A stretch of 64,000 nt of DNA from Paludibacteraceae bacterium (GTDB lineage Bacteria; Bacteroidota; Bacteroidia; Bacteroidales; Paludibacteraceae), in contig JAFSQL010000002.1 of assembly GCA_017446585.1 (NCBI GenBank), positions 29,084 to 93,083 of the forward strand, in the 5' to 3' direction. Position 1 is the stretch's first letter. Each line of letters starts with the position of its first letter. The notes beneath the pieces are model-generated. The model was not told the origin of the DNA, ran no database searches, and was given only the letters and a program-made list of their open reading frames with translations. Shown piece by piece: positions 1 through 9,026 of this stretch. The position numbers and the translations under genes were made by a program.

Positions 1-150
1 GCGGCACTTGACAAGGAACGCCGCCTACAAGAGGCGCAACTGTCCATCAAGCGACGGTACGGGAAGAACGCCATTCTCAAAGGAATGAACTTTGAAGATG
101 GGGCCACAAGCAAGCAACGCAACGAACAAATCGGAGGACACAAAGCATGA
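1..150 (+). CDS. C-terminal end of a Y-family (UmuC/ImpB-like) DNA polymerase, 5' end cut by the window edge
   Basis: Frame 1 reads open from base 1 to TGA at 148-150. It gives ...KRRYGKNAILKGMNFEDGATSKQRNEQIGGHKA*, a tail I associate with Y-family polymerases of Firmicutes/Bacteroidota. ATGA overlap with the next ORF. Confidence 0.55.
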   Translation, partial: AALDKERRLQEAQLSIKRRYGKNAILKGMNFEDGATSKQRNEQIGGHKA

Positions 151-335
151 ACGACAACTACGAAGACATCATCAACCTGCCGCACCACGTCTCCAAGACA
201 CACCCGCGCATGTCGCTCGTCAAGCGTGCCGCTCAGTTCGGCTCGTTCAAGGCTCTCTCCGGGTTTGAAAAGGCAATTGATGAAACCTTTTTTCGCGTAT
301 CTTCGCGTTATGATGAATCTGGCGAACAAACTTAA
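147..335 (+). CDS. YolD-like small protein, the usual partner of a Y-family polymerase
   Basis: 62 aa with DIINLPHHVSKTHPRMSLVKRAAQFGSFKALSGFEKAIDET, resembling YolD-like proteins. The start overlaps the upstream stop as ATGA. The 3' end overlaps the cca start by 26 nt. Confidence 0.45.
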   Translation: MNDNYEDIINLPHHVSKTHPRMSLVKRAAQFGSFKALSGFEKAIDETFFRVSSRYDESGEQT

Positions 336-1758
336 TGACCCGCTGTTCGAGACCCTGCGGCAACTTGCCGACCAAAACGAATTGGAGGCGTATGTCATTG
401 GTGGCTACGTTCGCGACCTTCTATTGGAACGCCCGTCCAAAGACATTGACGTTGTTGTTGTCGGAGACGGCATCCGCCTTGCCGAAGCGTTGAAAGAGAC
501 GTGGGGCAAGCGAGCGCATCTGTCCGTGTTCAAAAACTACGGAACGGCGCAGGTAAAACGTGGCAATATTGAAGTGGAATTTGTCGGCGCTCGCAAAGAG
601 TCTTACACTGAAGACAGTCGCAACCCAACGGTTTGCGCTGGCACACTGCAGGATGACCAACTGCGACGGGACTTCACCGTCAACGCATTGGCTTTATCTC
701 TCAACGGAAACACCTTTGGTGATTTGCTTGACCCGTTCAACGGCTTGCGTGATTTGCAACTGAAAGTGTTGCGAACGCCGTGCGACCCCGACGTGACCTT
801 CTCTGACGACCCCCTGCGCATGATGCGTGCCATTCGCTTTGCCGCGCAACTGGGGTTCTTTATCGAAGACAAAACCTTCAACGGAATCATCCATAACGCC
901 GAACGCATCCGCATCGTGAGCCATGAGCGCATCTTGACCGAGTTGAACAAAATCATGATGTCACCCCGTCCCAGCATGGGCATACGCCTTTTGGACGATG
1001 CGGGATTGCTGAACTTGATTCTGCCCGAACTCACAGCCCTCAAAGGCATCGAAAGCATTGATGGCATTGGTCACAAAGACAATCTCGCACACTCGCTCAA
1101 GGTGCTTGACAACGTCCTTGACGCCCTCGCCGAAAGCAAGACCGACAAAGATTCACTCTACCTGCGATGGGCGGCTCTGCTTCACGACATTGGCAAAGCA
1201 CGTGTGAAACGCTTTGACGAAAAAGGCAAATGGACATTCCATAACCACGACTTCGTGGGCATGAAAATGTTGACACCGCTTTTCCGCCGTCTTGGACTTC
1301 CCATGGGTGCGGAACTACGCTACGTCAAGAAATTGGTGGGAATGCACATGCGCCCCATCACCCTCAGCCAAGAAGACATAAGCGACTCCGCCCTCCGACG
1401 CTTATTGTTCGACGCGGGCGATGACCTCGAGGACTTGCTCACGCTCTGCGAGGCGGACATCACCAGCAAGAATGCCGACAAGGTGCGTCGCTATCTGGAC
1501 AACTACAAGATTGTCCGTAGCCGACTCGTGGACCTCGAGGCGCGCGATCGCGTTCGCAACTTCCAACCGCCCGTCAGTGGTGGTGAAATCATGGAGATGT
1601 TCTCCCTACCGCCATGCCAAACCGTCGGAACGCTCAAGGACGCTGTCAAAGACGCCATTTTGGATGGCGTCATTCCCAACGAGCGTGAAGCGGCACTGCA
1701 ATTCGTGAAAGACAAATGGGAGGAAATGAAATCAACAACAATCAAAAAAGAAGAATAA
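310..1758 (+). CDS. cca: CCA-adding tRNA nucleotidyltransferase / poly(A) polymerase-family protein with HD domain
   Basis: Head-domain motifs GGYVRDLLL..KDIDVVV and RRDFTVNAL, plus HD motif LLHDIGK. Start moved to ATG 310 (MMNLANKL) because 226-309 overlaps the YolD-like ORF. Confidence 0.85.
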   Translation: MMNLANKLNDPLFETLRQLADQNELEAYVIGGYVRDLLLERPSKDIDVVVVGDGIRLAEALKETWGKRAHLSVFKNYGTAQVKRGNIEVEFVGARKESYTEDSRNPTVCAGTLQDDQLRRDFTVNALALSLNGNTFGDLLDPFNGLRDLQLKVLRTPCDPDVTFSDDPLRMMRAIRFAAQLGFFIEDKTFNGIIHNAERIRIVSHERILTELNKIMMSPRPSMGIRLLDDAGLLNLILPELTALKGIESIDGIGHKDNLAHSLKVLDNVLDALAESKTDKDSLYLRWAALLHDIGKARVKRFDEKGKWTFHNHDFVGMKMLTPLFRRLGLPMGAELRYVKKLVGMHMRPITLSQEDISDSALRRLLFDAGDDLEDLLTLCEADITSKNADKVRRYLDNYKIVRSRLVDLEARDRVRNFQPPVSGGEIMEMFSLPPCQTVGTLKDAVKDAILDGVIPNEREAALQFVKDKWEEMKSTTIKKEE

Positions 1759-1762
1759 AAAA

Positions 1763-2650
1763 ATGAAAAAATGGTTCTTGGCGACACGCCCTTGGAGTTT
1801 TCCTAATTCAGTCATGATTCTATTGGTCTCCATGTCCTACATGACATTGCTTGAAGACGTGAACGTGCGTTGGACTTGGTGTTTTGCCGCCGCCCTTTGC
1901 ATGTTGGTGTTCCATGCCGCCGCCAATCTCCTCAGCAGTTACTATGACTTCAAGACGGGCGTTGACCGTGAGGATAACGCCGCCGACCGCACCCTGGTGA
2001 GCGGCGCTTTCCGTCCTCGCCAAATTTTCACTTTCGGTGCCGTCTTGCTCCTTATTGGCATCCTTGGCGGCCTCGTCATAGCCTACGTATGCTCCCCTGC
2101 CGTTCTCGTCATCGGAGCAATCGGAACGGTTCTTTCAGCCGCCTACTCATGGCTCAAATATCGCGCTTGGGGTGACTTGACCATCTTCTTGAACTTCGGT
2201 CTATTGCCTGTTCTCGGCATTTCCTACGTCGCCTTCTCCCAGTTTGACCCACACCTTCTGCTCTTCTCCTTCACCGTAGGTTCCATTGTTGTCGCCACGT
2301 TGCACGCGAACAACACGCGTGACACGCAGACCGACACCCGCGCGGGCATCCGCACCTTTGCCTCCGTCATCGGACACAAAGCCAGCGTTGTCCTTTATTG
2401 CGCTGAAGTCTTGTTGCCTTACGCCATCATCTTGATTTCCGCCATTTGTTTCCGTCACCTTTTCACCCTCGTAGTGTTACTCTCATTGCCCGTCGCCATC
2501 AAAAATGCCAAAGCAATGACAAGAAGCAAAAATGACATCAAAAGCATTGACAATCTGGACCAGGCTACAGCCATGCTCACGCTCCAATTCGGAGCCTTGC
2601 TCTGCATCGGCTATCTTGCACAATACGCTTTCAATACTTATGTCAACTAA
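1763..2650 (+). CDS. menA: UbiA-family prenyltransferase, MenA-like (1,4-dihydroxy-2-naphthoate polyprenyltransferase)
   Basis: Polytopic membrane protein. N-terminal WFLATRPWSF and Asp-rich motif NLLSSYYDFKTGVDRED resemble the MenA NxxxDxxxD motif. Confidence 0.7.
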   Translation: MKKWFLATRPWSFPNSVMILLVSMSYMTLLEDVNVRWTWCFAAALCMLVFHAAANLLSSYYDFKTGVDREDNAADRTLVSGAFRPRQIFTFGAVLLLIGILGGLVIAYVCSPAVLVIGAIGTVLSAAYSWLKYRAWGDLTIFLNFGLLPVLGISYVAFSQFDPHLLLFSFTVGSIVVATLHANNTRDTQTDTRAGIRTFASVIGHKASVVLYCAEVLLPYAIILISAICFRHLFTLVVLLSLPVAIKNAKAMTRSKNDIKSIDNLDQATAMLTLQFGALLCIGYLAQYAFNTYVN

Positions 2651-3329
2651 CCGCGTCTCACAAGCCCTTCGTTCCTGCTGGACCTTCAACCCTCACCAAG
2701 GCAAGCCGCTCGCCTTGCCGATTGTCCTTGTCGGCGTGGCACTCGCCGCTACCCTGTGGTTTCTCATGTTCTCCCCTTTGACCAAGACCTCTTTCCCATT
2801 TTGGGAGAGCATGACAGTGAGCGCGCTCCTGCTCACAACGTTCAGCACCATCTTCTTCCCATCGTGGGCGAAAGACCTGAACCTCAACCTCACATCCCTT
2901 GCCATCGGCATTGGAATGGCCGCCGTCTTTTGGGGTATCTTTTGGGCGGGTGACAAATTATCGCAAATTCTCTTTGACTTCGCGCGCCCGCAAGTCAATC
3001 TCATCTACGACATGGGCAACGGCTACCACCCCACCCTCGTTGCCCTCCTGCTCCTCTTCATCATCGGACCTGCCGAGGAAATCTTTTGGCGCTCCTTCAC
3101 CCAACGCCACCTCTCGCGCCGCTTCGGACCCAACACAGGCTTCCTCATCGCCACCCTTCTCTACACTGCCGTCCACATCCCGTCCCTCAATTTCATGCTC
3201 ATCATGGCGGCATTCGTCATCGGGGCGTTGTGGGGACTGTTCTATCGATTCTTTCCTCGCCACCTCACCGCCCTCATCATATCTCACGCCGTTTGGGACA
3301 CATGCGCCTTCGTCATCTTCCCTTTCTGA
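2640..3329 (+). CDS. CPBP-family intramembrane glutamic endopeptidase (CAAX protease-like)
   Basis: Motifs GPAEEIFWRSF and SHAVWD, with several TM helices. Start set at ATG 2640 (MSTNRV), overlapping the menA stop. Confidence 0.8.
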   Translation: MSTNRVSQALRSCWTFNPHQGKPLALPIVLVGVALAATLWFLMFSPLTKTSFPFWESMTVSALLLTTFSTIFFPSWAKDLNLNLTSLAIGIGMAAVFWGIFWAGDKLSQILFDFARPQVNLIYDMGNGYHPTLVALLLLFIIGPAEEIFWRSFTQRHLSRRFGPNTGFLIATLLYTAVHIPSLNFMLIMAAFVIGALWGLFYRFFPRHLTALIISHAVWDTCAFVIFPF

Positions 3330-3365
3330 CAACAAACCCGATTGCAGGAACGAACAGAAAAAAAC

Positions 3366-4988
3366 ATGAAAAACACACTGCTCCTTCCCTTGCTCTTGCT
3401 GAGCAACCTCATCCTATTTGCAAAAAATGACTACCCCACTATCACTCCCGTTCCAGACTCCATTTACGAAGGTCTCTCCTTCTCCATGCCAAAGTTGCCA
3501 GAAGTTCGTTTTCCAAAACGGACGCTGAGCATCCTTGACTTCGGTGGCATTGGCGATGGCGATCACGACAACACACATGCCTTCTCCTCCGCCATTGACT
3601 CGCTCCACGCTCTCGGAGGCGGACACCTCATCGTACCAGAAGGCGTCTGGATGACGGGTCCCATCACCTTACGTGATAACATTGACCTCCATCTTCTTTC
3701 TGGTGCAGTCATTCGTTTCTTGGGTGACAAGGACCTCTATCCCCTCACTGCCGTCAACTTCATGGGACAACCGACTTACCTTTGCCAATCGCCCATCAGC
3801 GGGAAGGACTTGAATAACATCGCCATCACAGGACGCGGAGTCATTGACGGCAATGGAGACGTATGGCGACACATCAAGAGACGCAAGGTCGCCCCTCAAC
3901 TTTGGGACAGAATCACCAAAAGCGGTGGCATTGTCGATGGTGACCAATGGTTTCCTTCCGAATCCTACCGACAAGGAGCGCTTCTTGACCGGATGCGTCC
4001 GCAAGCCGTCCCTGCCCCGAATGACAAGAACCAACTTGAACCCATCAAAGACTTCCTTCGTCCCGCCATGGTGAGCCTTGTGAACTGCTCGAACGTAATC
4101 CTTGACGGTGTCACCTTCCAAAACTCCCCCAACTGGTGTCTCCACCCCTCCCTGTGTCGCAACCTCCGTGTCAGCAACGTCAACGTTCGTAACCCATGGT
4201 ATAGCCAAAACGGTGACGCCATTGACGTGGACGCTTGCGCCGATGTCGTCATCTACAACAGCACCTTCGACGTCGGTGATGACGCCATCTGCATCAAGAG
4301 CGGCAAGGACCTTCCTGGCAGGAACCAAGGCGTACCTTCTGAGAGGATCGTCATCCATGGCTGCACCGTCTTTCACGCCCATGGCGGATTCGTCGTTGGT
4401 AGTGAAATGTCTGGTGGTGTCAAGAACGTCAGTGTCACACGCTGCACCTTCCTTGGGACAGACTCCGGACTTCGTTTCAAGTCCTGCCGAGGCAGGGGCG
4501 GAGTTGTCGAGAACATATTCATCAACCACATCCGCATGCTTGACATCCTTGCCGAACCCATCATCTTCAATCTTTTCTATCAAGGCAAAGGTCCGGAAGA
4601 AGCGTTAGACGCAGAGGGCACCCACGCCCTGCCGAAAGTTGACGAAACCACACCAACCTTCAAAAACATCTACATCAGCAACGTCACATGCCGTGACGCT
4701 CGCCGTGTATTCTCTATGGCAGGACTGCCCGAATGCCCCATTGAGAACATTGTCATGCAAAACCTCAACATCACAGCTCGCGACGGAGCGAAACTTAGTC
4801 ATGTGCGCGGGCTCGAAATGCGCTACTGTCGCCTTGACGCCACCCGCGGCCACCTCCTCCGCATGCGCCACGTCAGCAACGCCACTTTGATTGAGGTTCA
4901 AAGCTCCTTCCCCGAACGTGATGTCATTGAGGAAGACCATTGCGACTCCATCCGCTACTACGGCATCATCGCCCGTGTCAAACACTGA
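3366..4988 (+). CDS. Glycoside hydrolase family 28 (polygalacturonase-like), secreted
   Basis: GH28 signature blocks NSPNWCLHP, QNGDAIDVD, GDDAICIKSG, GGFVVGSE and RFKS. Signal peptide MKNTLLLPLLLLSNLILFA. Confidence 0.85.
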   Translation: MKNTLLLPLLLLSNLILFAKNDYPTITPVPDSIYEGLSFSMPKLPEVRFPKRTLSILDFGGIGDGDHDNTHAFSSAIDSLHALGGGHLIVPEGVWMTGPITLRDNIDLHLLSGAVIRFLGDKDLYPLTAVNFMGQPTYLCQSPISGKDLNNIAITGRGVIDGNGDVWRHIKRRKVAPQLWDRITKSGGIVDGDQWFPSESYRQGALLDRMRPQAVPAPNDKNQLEPIKDFLRPAMVSLVNCSNVILDGVTFQNSPNWCLHPSLCRNLRVSNVNVRNPWYSQNGDAIDVDACADVVIYNSTFDVGDDAICIKSGKDLPGRNQGVPSERIVIHGCTVFHAHGGFVVGSEMSGGVKNVSVTRCTFLGTDSGLRFKSCRGRGGVVENIFINHIRMLDILAEPIIFNLFYQGKGPEEALDAEGTHALPKVDETTPTFKNIYISNVTCRDARRVFSMAGLPECPIENIVMQNLNITARDGAKLSHVRGLEMRYCRLDATRGHLLRMRHVSNATLIEVQSSFPERDVIEEDHCDSIRYYGIIARVKH

Positions 4989-5070
4989 CGACACACAAAG
5001 GCAAACAACCCTTCATTCTTCATTCTTCATAATTCTTAACTCCCAATTCTTAATTATTAATTCTTTTTCC

Positions 5071-5078
5071 TATCTTTG
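5071..5078 (+). promoter_or_regulatory. Bacteroidota -7 promoter box (TAtcTTTG) for tRNA-Ser
   Basis: Exact match to the TAnnTTTG consensus, 15 nt upstream of the tRNA 5' end. Confidence 0.5.
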
Positions 5079-5093
5079 CGCTCGCATTTTTGA

Positions 5094-5181
5094 GGAAAGT
5101 TGCCAGAGTGGTCGATCGGGCCGCACTCGAAATGCGGTGAACGGTCTTTCCGTTCCGGGGGTTCGAATCCCTCACTTTCCG
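5094..5181 (+). tRNA. tRNA-Ser (anticodon CGA), class II with long variable arm
   Basis: Acceptor stem GGAAAGT/ACTTTCC. Anticodon stem-loop GCCGCA-CTCGAAA-TGCGGT. Long extra arm GAACGGTCTTTCCGTTCC. T-arm GGGGGTTCGAATCCCTC. No encoded CCA. Confidence 0.9.
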
Positions 5182-5185
5182 CAAA

Positions 5186-5232
5186 AGAGAAACCGTTGAA
5201 AACAGTTTCGTTTTCAACGGTTTCTCTTTTTT
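5186..5232. terminator. Rho-independent terminator after tRNA-Ser
   Basis: Perfect 18-bp stem AGAGAAACCGTTGAAAAC / GTTTTCAACGGTTTCTCT with a 6-nt loop, followed by TTTTT. Confidence 0.8.
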
Positions 5233-5511
5233 CGATCCGATTAATTCCTCATTATTGTCCGCAGCAACTGTCTTAAGCATGAGAATACCCGCATTGAACT
5301 TGGTTAAAAACAAACTCACTTTCTCCTCTTCTCCTGCCTCGAAAGCATACTCTATTTTCTCAGCAAGTGTCAACAATGTTTTTGCAAGTTGATCCGGGTT
5401 TGTTTTCATCAAATTCTATTGCTTTTATTTTTTTTCAATTATACGCAGACAAAATCTCATTTATTACCTTTTCAATATTCTTTTTTACTTGTCGCTTTCT
5501 TCCAAAATCAT

Positions 5512-5519
5512 TATATTTG
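5512..5519 (+). promoter_or_regulatory. -7 promoter box (TAtaTTTG) upstream of slyD
   Basis: TAnnTTTG match 22 nt upstream of ATG 5542, in an AT-rich spacer. Confidence 0.45.
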
Positions 5520-5541
5520 CTGAATAATTTTTCCAAACCTT

Positions 5542-6120
5542 ATGAAAAGGATTATTACAGTCCATTACGAATTGCGGACAAAGGATGCGAACGGAATGGT
5601 GGAACTACAAGAAACGACTAAGGATGGTGAACCTCTTGTCTTCTGCACAGAGATGAACCTCCTTCTTCCTGCCATGGAGCAAAGGCTGACCTCTCTGAAC
5701 GATGGTGAAGAATTCGACTTCATCATTCCTTTGTCGGAAGCTTTTGGCGAAAGGGATGAACGTTTGCAGCACCGCTTGCCACAAGCAAACTTTATGACGG
5801 GCGGACGATTGGACACGAACAACATCTTTGTCGGCAACGTCATACACATGCAGGACTCAAAAGGTCACCACTTCAACGCCGCCATTGTGGCAATGGATGA
5901 TGAGACCGTTACTGTCGATTTGAATCACCCTTTGGCAGGCAAGGATTTGCATTTTACGGGCAAGATCATTGACAACCATGTGGCAAGCGAGGAAGAAGCC
6001 CGAGAGTTTGAACCGCATCACCATTGCGGTCACTGTCATCACGGAGAAGGCGGCGAACATCATTGTTGTCATGAGCATCACGGTCATTGCGAGGACGAGG
6101 GATGTGGTTGCGGACATTAA
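5542..6120 (+). CDS. slyD: FKBP-type peptidyl-prolyl cis-trans isomerase SlyD with His/Cys-rich metal-binding tail
   Basis: SlyD-like FKBP plus IF domain (VHYELRTKD..., LNHPLAGKDLHF). C-terminal tail HHHCGHCHHGEGGEHHCCHEHHGHCEDEGCGCGH. Confidence 0.85.
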   Translation: MKRIITVHYELRTKDANGMVELQETTKDGEPLVFCTEMNLLLPAMEQRLTSLNDGEEFDFIIPLSEAFGERDERLQHRLPQANFMTGGRLDTNNIFVGNVIHMQDSKGHHFNAAIVAMDDETVTVDLNHPLAGKDLHFTGKIIDNHVASEEEAREFEPHHHCGHCHHGEGGEHHCCHEHHGHCEDEGCGCGH

Positions 6121-6169
6121 GAGTTAAGAATTAAGAATCTTGCCGACTGGTTGTTTTCTGTTAATTAAT

Positions 6170-7240
6170 ATGAACAGTTTCGGACAAATATTCAGATTGA
6201 CCACTTTTGGCGAAAGCCACGGCGAAGCCGTAGGTGGCATCCTTGACGGCTGCCCGCCCCGATTGAAGTTGGACTTGGACGAGATTCAACGAGAAATGGA
6301 TCGTCGGCGTCCGGGTCAAGGAGCGTTGACGACGGCGCGGAGCGAAGCGGACCGATTGCAGATTCTGTCAGGGCTATTGGATGGTGTCACCACAGGTGCG
6401 CCAATAGCGTTCATGGTGCGCAATGAGAACCAACGGAGCAAAGATTACAGCAACGTAGCGGATACCTTCCGCCCAAGTCATGCGGACTATACTTGGCAAA
6501 CGAAGTACGGCATTCGTGACTACCGTGGTGGAGGACGCACGTCCGCGCGTGAAACCCTGGCACGCGTGGCGGCGGGAGCGATAGCGAAACAAGTGTTGCG
6601 CGGAGCGGGAATAAGCATCCACGCCTACACGAGTCAAGTGGCGGACATCACCTTGGACAAGGATTACAAGCGATATGACTTGAGCGTCACCGAAACCAAT
6701 GAGGTGAGATGTCCGGATGCGGACATGGCGGAGAAAATGGCGGAGAGAATAAGACAAGCCAGAACCAAGGGCGACACCCTCGGCGGTGTCATCACCTGCG
6801 TCGTCAAGGGCGTTCCGGTTGGTTGGGGAGAACCCCTCTATGACCGTCTCTCCGCAAGATTGGCGTACGCCATGCTCTCCATCAACGCTTGCAAAGGATT
6901 TGAATACGGCAGCGGATTTGACGTCAACCACACAGGTAGCGAAATGAACGACCCTTTCGTCTCTCAGGATGGAAAGATTCGCACCGCTACCAACAACAGC
7001 GGTGGCATTCAAGGCGGACTTTCAAATGGCGAGGACATCTACTTTCGCGTCGCCTTCAAGCCCGTCGCTTCAGTCCTCAAACCACAAATGACCGTGAACA
7101 AGCATGGCGAGCCTGTGACACTCACCATCGAAGGCAGACACGACCCCTGCGTCCTGCCCAGGGCGGTACCCGTCGTCGAGGCGATGGCGGCATTGACCCT
7201 TGTGGACGCCATGTTACTCAACAAAACTATTAAGACCTAA
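6170..7240 (+). CDS. aroC: Chorismate synthase
   Basis: MNSFGQIFRLTTFGESHG..., GGGRTSARETLARVAAGA, GGISNGE-type blocks. Start set at ATG 6170. Confidence 0.95.
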   Translation: MNSFGQIFRLTTFGESHGEAVGGILDGCPPRLKLDLDEIQREMDRRRPGQGALTTARSEADRLQILSGLLDGVTTGAPIAFMVRNENQRSKDYSNVADTFRPSHADYTWQTKYGIRDYRGGGRTSARETLARVAAGAIAKQVLRGAGISIHAYTSQVADITLDKDYKRYDLSVTETNEVRCPDADMAEKMAERIRQARTKGDTLGGVITCVVKGVPVGWGEPLYDRLSARLAYAMLSINACKGFEYGSGFDVNHTGSEMNDPFVSQDGKIRTATNNSGGIQGGLSNGEDIYFRVAFKPVASVLKPQMTVNKHGEPVTLTIEGRHDPCVLPRAVPVVEAMAALTLVDAMLLNKTIKT

Positions 7241-7246
7241 ACTATT

Positions 7247-8197
7247 ATGATGAGCGATTTGGGAAGGAGAAAATGGGTGGCCATCATCAACCCGCTGAGC
7301 GGCAAACTCGGCATGCACTCGGAGTGGAGTGCCATTCAGAACGCATTCAAAGAAGACGGCGTCTCGTGCGTTTATATGTTCACCGAGCATGCGGGGCACG
7401 CTATTGACCTTGCGTGCGACCTGGTGAAGGATGGTTATCGCGACATTGTCGTCATCGGTGGTGACGGCACCCTCAACGAAGTGTTGAACGGTGTCGTGCG
7501 CAGTGGCGTTAATCCCGCCGAAATCACCCTTGCCGTCATCCCAAACGGAACTGGCAACGACTGGGCACGCTTCTGGAATATCCCGTTCGACAAACGTCAG
7601 GCTGTCGCCCTGTTGAAGTCTGGAACCTCACAACTCGTTGACATGGGACGATGCACCTACCTCGTCAACGGCAAACCTGGCGAACGCCATTTCTTGAACA
7701 TTGCCGGTATGGGCTTTGAAGTTCAGGTACTGAAAAGAGTGAACCGCATTCGCTGGATGACCATATTCAAAGGTAGGCGATGGATTTACGGCCTGTCCGT
7801 TTTGTATAGCGCCATCTTCTCACGGGCGCACGAAATGACCATTACTGCCAACGGACAAACCTTCACTAAAAAGATTTTTTCCATGAGCATAGGCAACGGC
7901 AAATACTCTGGTGGAGGATTCAAGCAGACACCCATGGCCTCCGCCACCGACGGTGCGTTTGACGTTATGCTCATGTCGCGATTGACCTTCAAGACCGCCA
8001 TCTTGGGACTCAAATACCTCTTCCGAGGCAAACTGCTCAAACACCCTGCTGTCAAAAACTTCCGCACGGAGAAAATCATCGTATCGCAAGCCGTGAAATC
8101 GGATATTGAGGTTGACGGCGTCGTCCTTCGTTCCGGTTGTCCCATAACCTTCACCATCCTGCCCAAGGCGATTAACTTCATCGTACCTCAATCATGA
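7247..8197 (+). CDS. Diacylglycerol/lipid kinase family protein (YegS/BmrU-like)
   Basis: DAGK catalytic-domain motif VVIGGDGTLNEV and NGTGNDWAR. Confidence 0.85.
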   Translation: MMSDLGRRKWVAIINPLSGKLGMHSEWSAIQNAFKEDGVSCVYMFTEHAGHAIDLACDLVKDGYRDIVVIGGDGTLNEVLNGVVRSGVNPAEITLAVIPNGTGNDWARFWNIPFDKRQAVALLKSGTSQLVDMGRCTYLVNGKPGERHFLNIAGMGFEVQVLKRVNRIRWMTIFKGRRWIYGLSVLYSAIFSRAHEMTITANGQTFTKKIFSMSIGNGKYSGGGFKQTPMASATDGAFDVMLMSRLTFKTAILGLKYLFRGKLLKHPAVKNFRTEKIIVSQAVKSDIEVDGVVLRSGCPITFTILPKAINFIVPQS

Positions 8198-9009
8198 TAG
8201 ACATTTCCAAACTCAAACATCAAGAGTCAGGCAACTTCTTCCTCCTCGCCGGCCCATGCGTCATTGAGAGCGAAGAGGTTGTTGACACCACCGCCAAGGA
8301 GTTAAAGCGCATCAGCGACCTGCTCCGCATCCCGCTTGTACTGAAAGGCTCGTTCAAAAAAGCCAATCGCAGCAGGGTGAACTCCTTCACTGGCATTGGC
8401 GACATCAAGGCGTTGGAGATTTTGAAATCCGTTGGCGAACGATATGACCTGCCTATAGTGACCGACATACACGAAACCACCGATGCTCAATTGGCGGCGC
8501 AATATGTTGACATCCTGCAGATTCCCGCTTTTCTGTGCCGACAAACGGACTTGCTCGTCGCCGCTGCCAAGACGGGAAAATATGTCAATATCAAAAAGGG
8601 CCAGTTTCTAAATGGCGAATCCATGCGCTTTGCAGCGCAGAAAGTCATTGACGCTGGCAACGACAAGGTCATGCTCACCGAACGTGGCAACTCCTTCGGC
8701 TATCAAGACCTCGTCGTGGACTATCGCAACCTCGTTGCGATGCGCGATACAGGTTGTCCGGTCATTTTGGACATCACCCATTCGCTGCAACAGCCTAACC
8801 AGTCAAGCGGCGTGACCGGTGGCAATCCAGAACTGATCGAAACCATAGCCAAGGCTGGCATTGCCGTAGGCGTGGACGGTATCTTCATGGAGACACACCC
8901 GAATCCAGCGGTCGCCAAAAGCGACGGAGCCAACATGCTACCATTGGAGAAAGCCGAACAACTGCTCACAAGGCTTGTCAAACTCAGACAGACGGTCAAC
9001 ACGTTGTAA
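8194..9009 (+). CDS. kdsA: 3-deoxy-8-phosphooctulonate (KDO-8-P) synthase
   Basis: Full-length KdsA-like sequence (LKGSFKKANRSS..., QIPAFLCRQTDLL, DITHSLQ). 4-nt overlap with the upstream gene. Confidence 0.95.
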   Translation: MIDISKLKHQESGNFFLLAGPCVIESEEVVDTTAKELKRISDLLRIPLVLKGSFKKANRSRVNSFTGIGDIKALEILKSVGERYDLPIVTDIHETTDAQLAAQYVDILQIPAFLCRQTDLLVAAAKTGKYVNIKKGQFLNGESMRFAAQKVIDAGNDKVMLTERGNSFGYQDLVVDYRNLVAMRDTGCPVILDITHSLQQPNQSSGVTGGNPELIETIAKAGIAVGVDGIFMETHPNPAVAKSDGANMLPLEKAEQLLTRLVKLRQTVNTL

Positions 9010-9026
9010 AAAATAAGAGGGAAACT

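Noticed and set aside
226-309. N-terminal extension of the cca ORF (track start at 226)
   Set aside because: It overlaps most of the YolD-like ORF in another frame. The conserved nucleotidyltransferase head begins just after the ATG at 310.
3669-4583. 304-aa minus-strand ORF
   Set aside because: Antisense to the GH28 gene. No motifs. An artefact of C3-rich coding on the other strand.
5050-5412. 120-aa minus-strand ORF as a genuine CDS
   Set aside because: Its C-terminal half is the reverse complement of tRNA-Ser and of an 18-bp terminator stem. At best it is a fragment or small peptide (see finding), so it is not listed as a feature.
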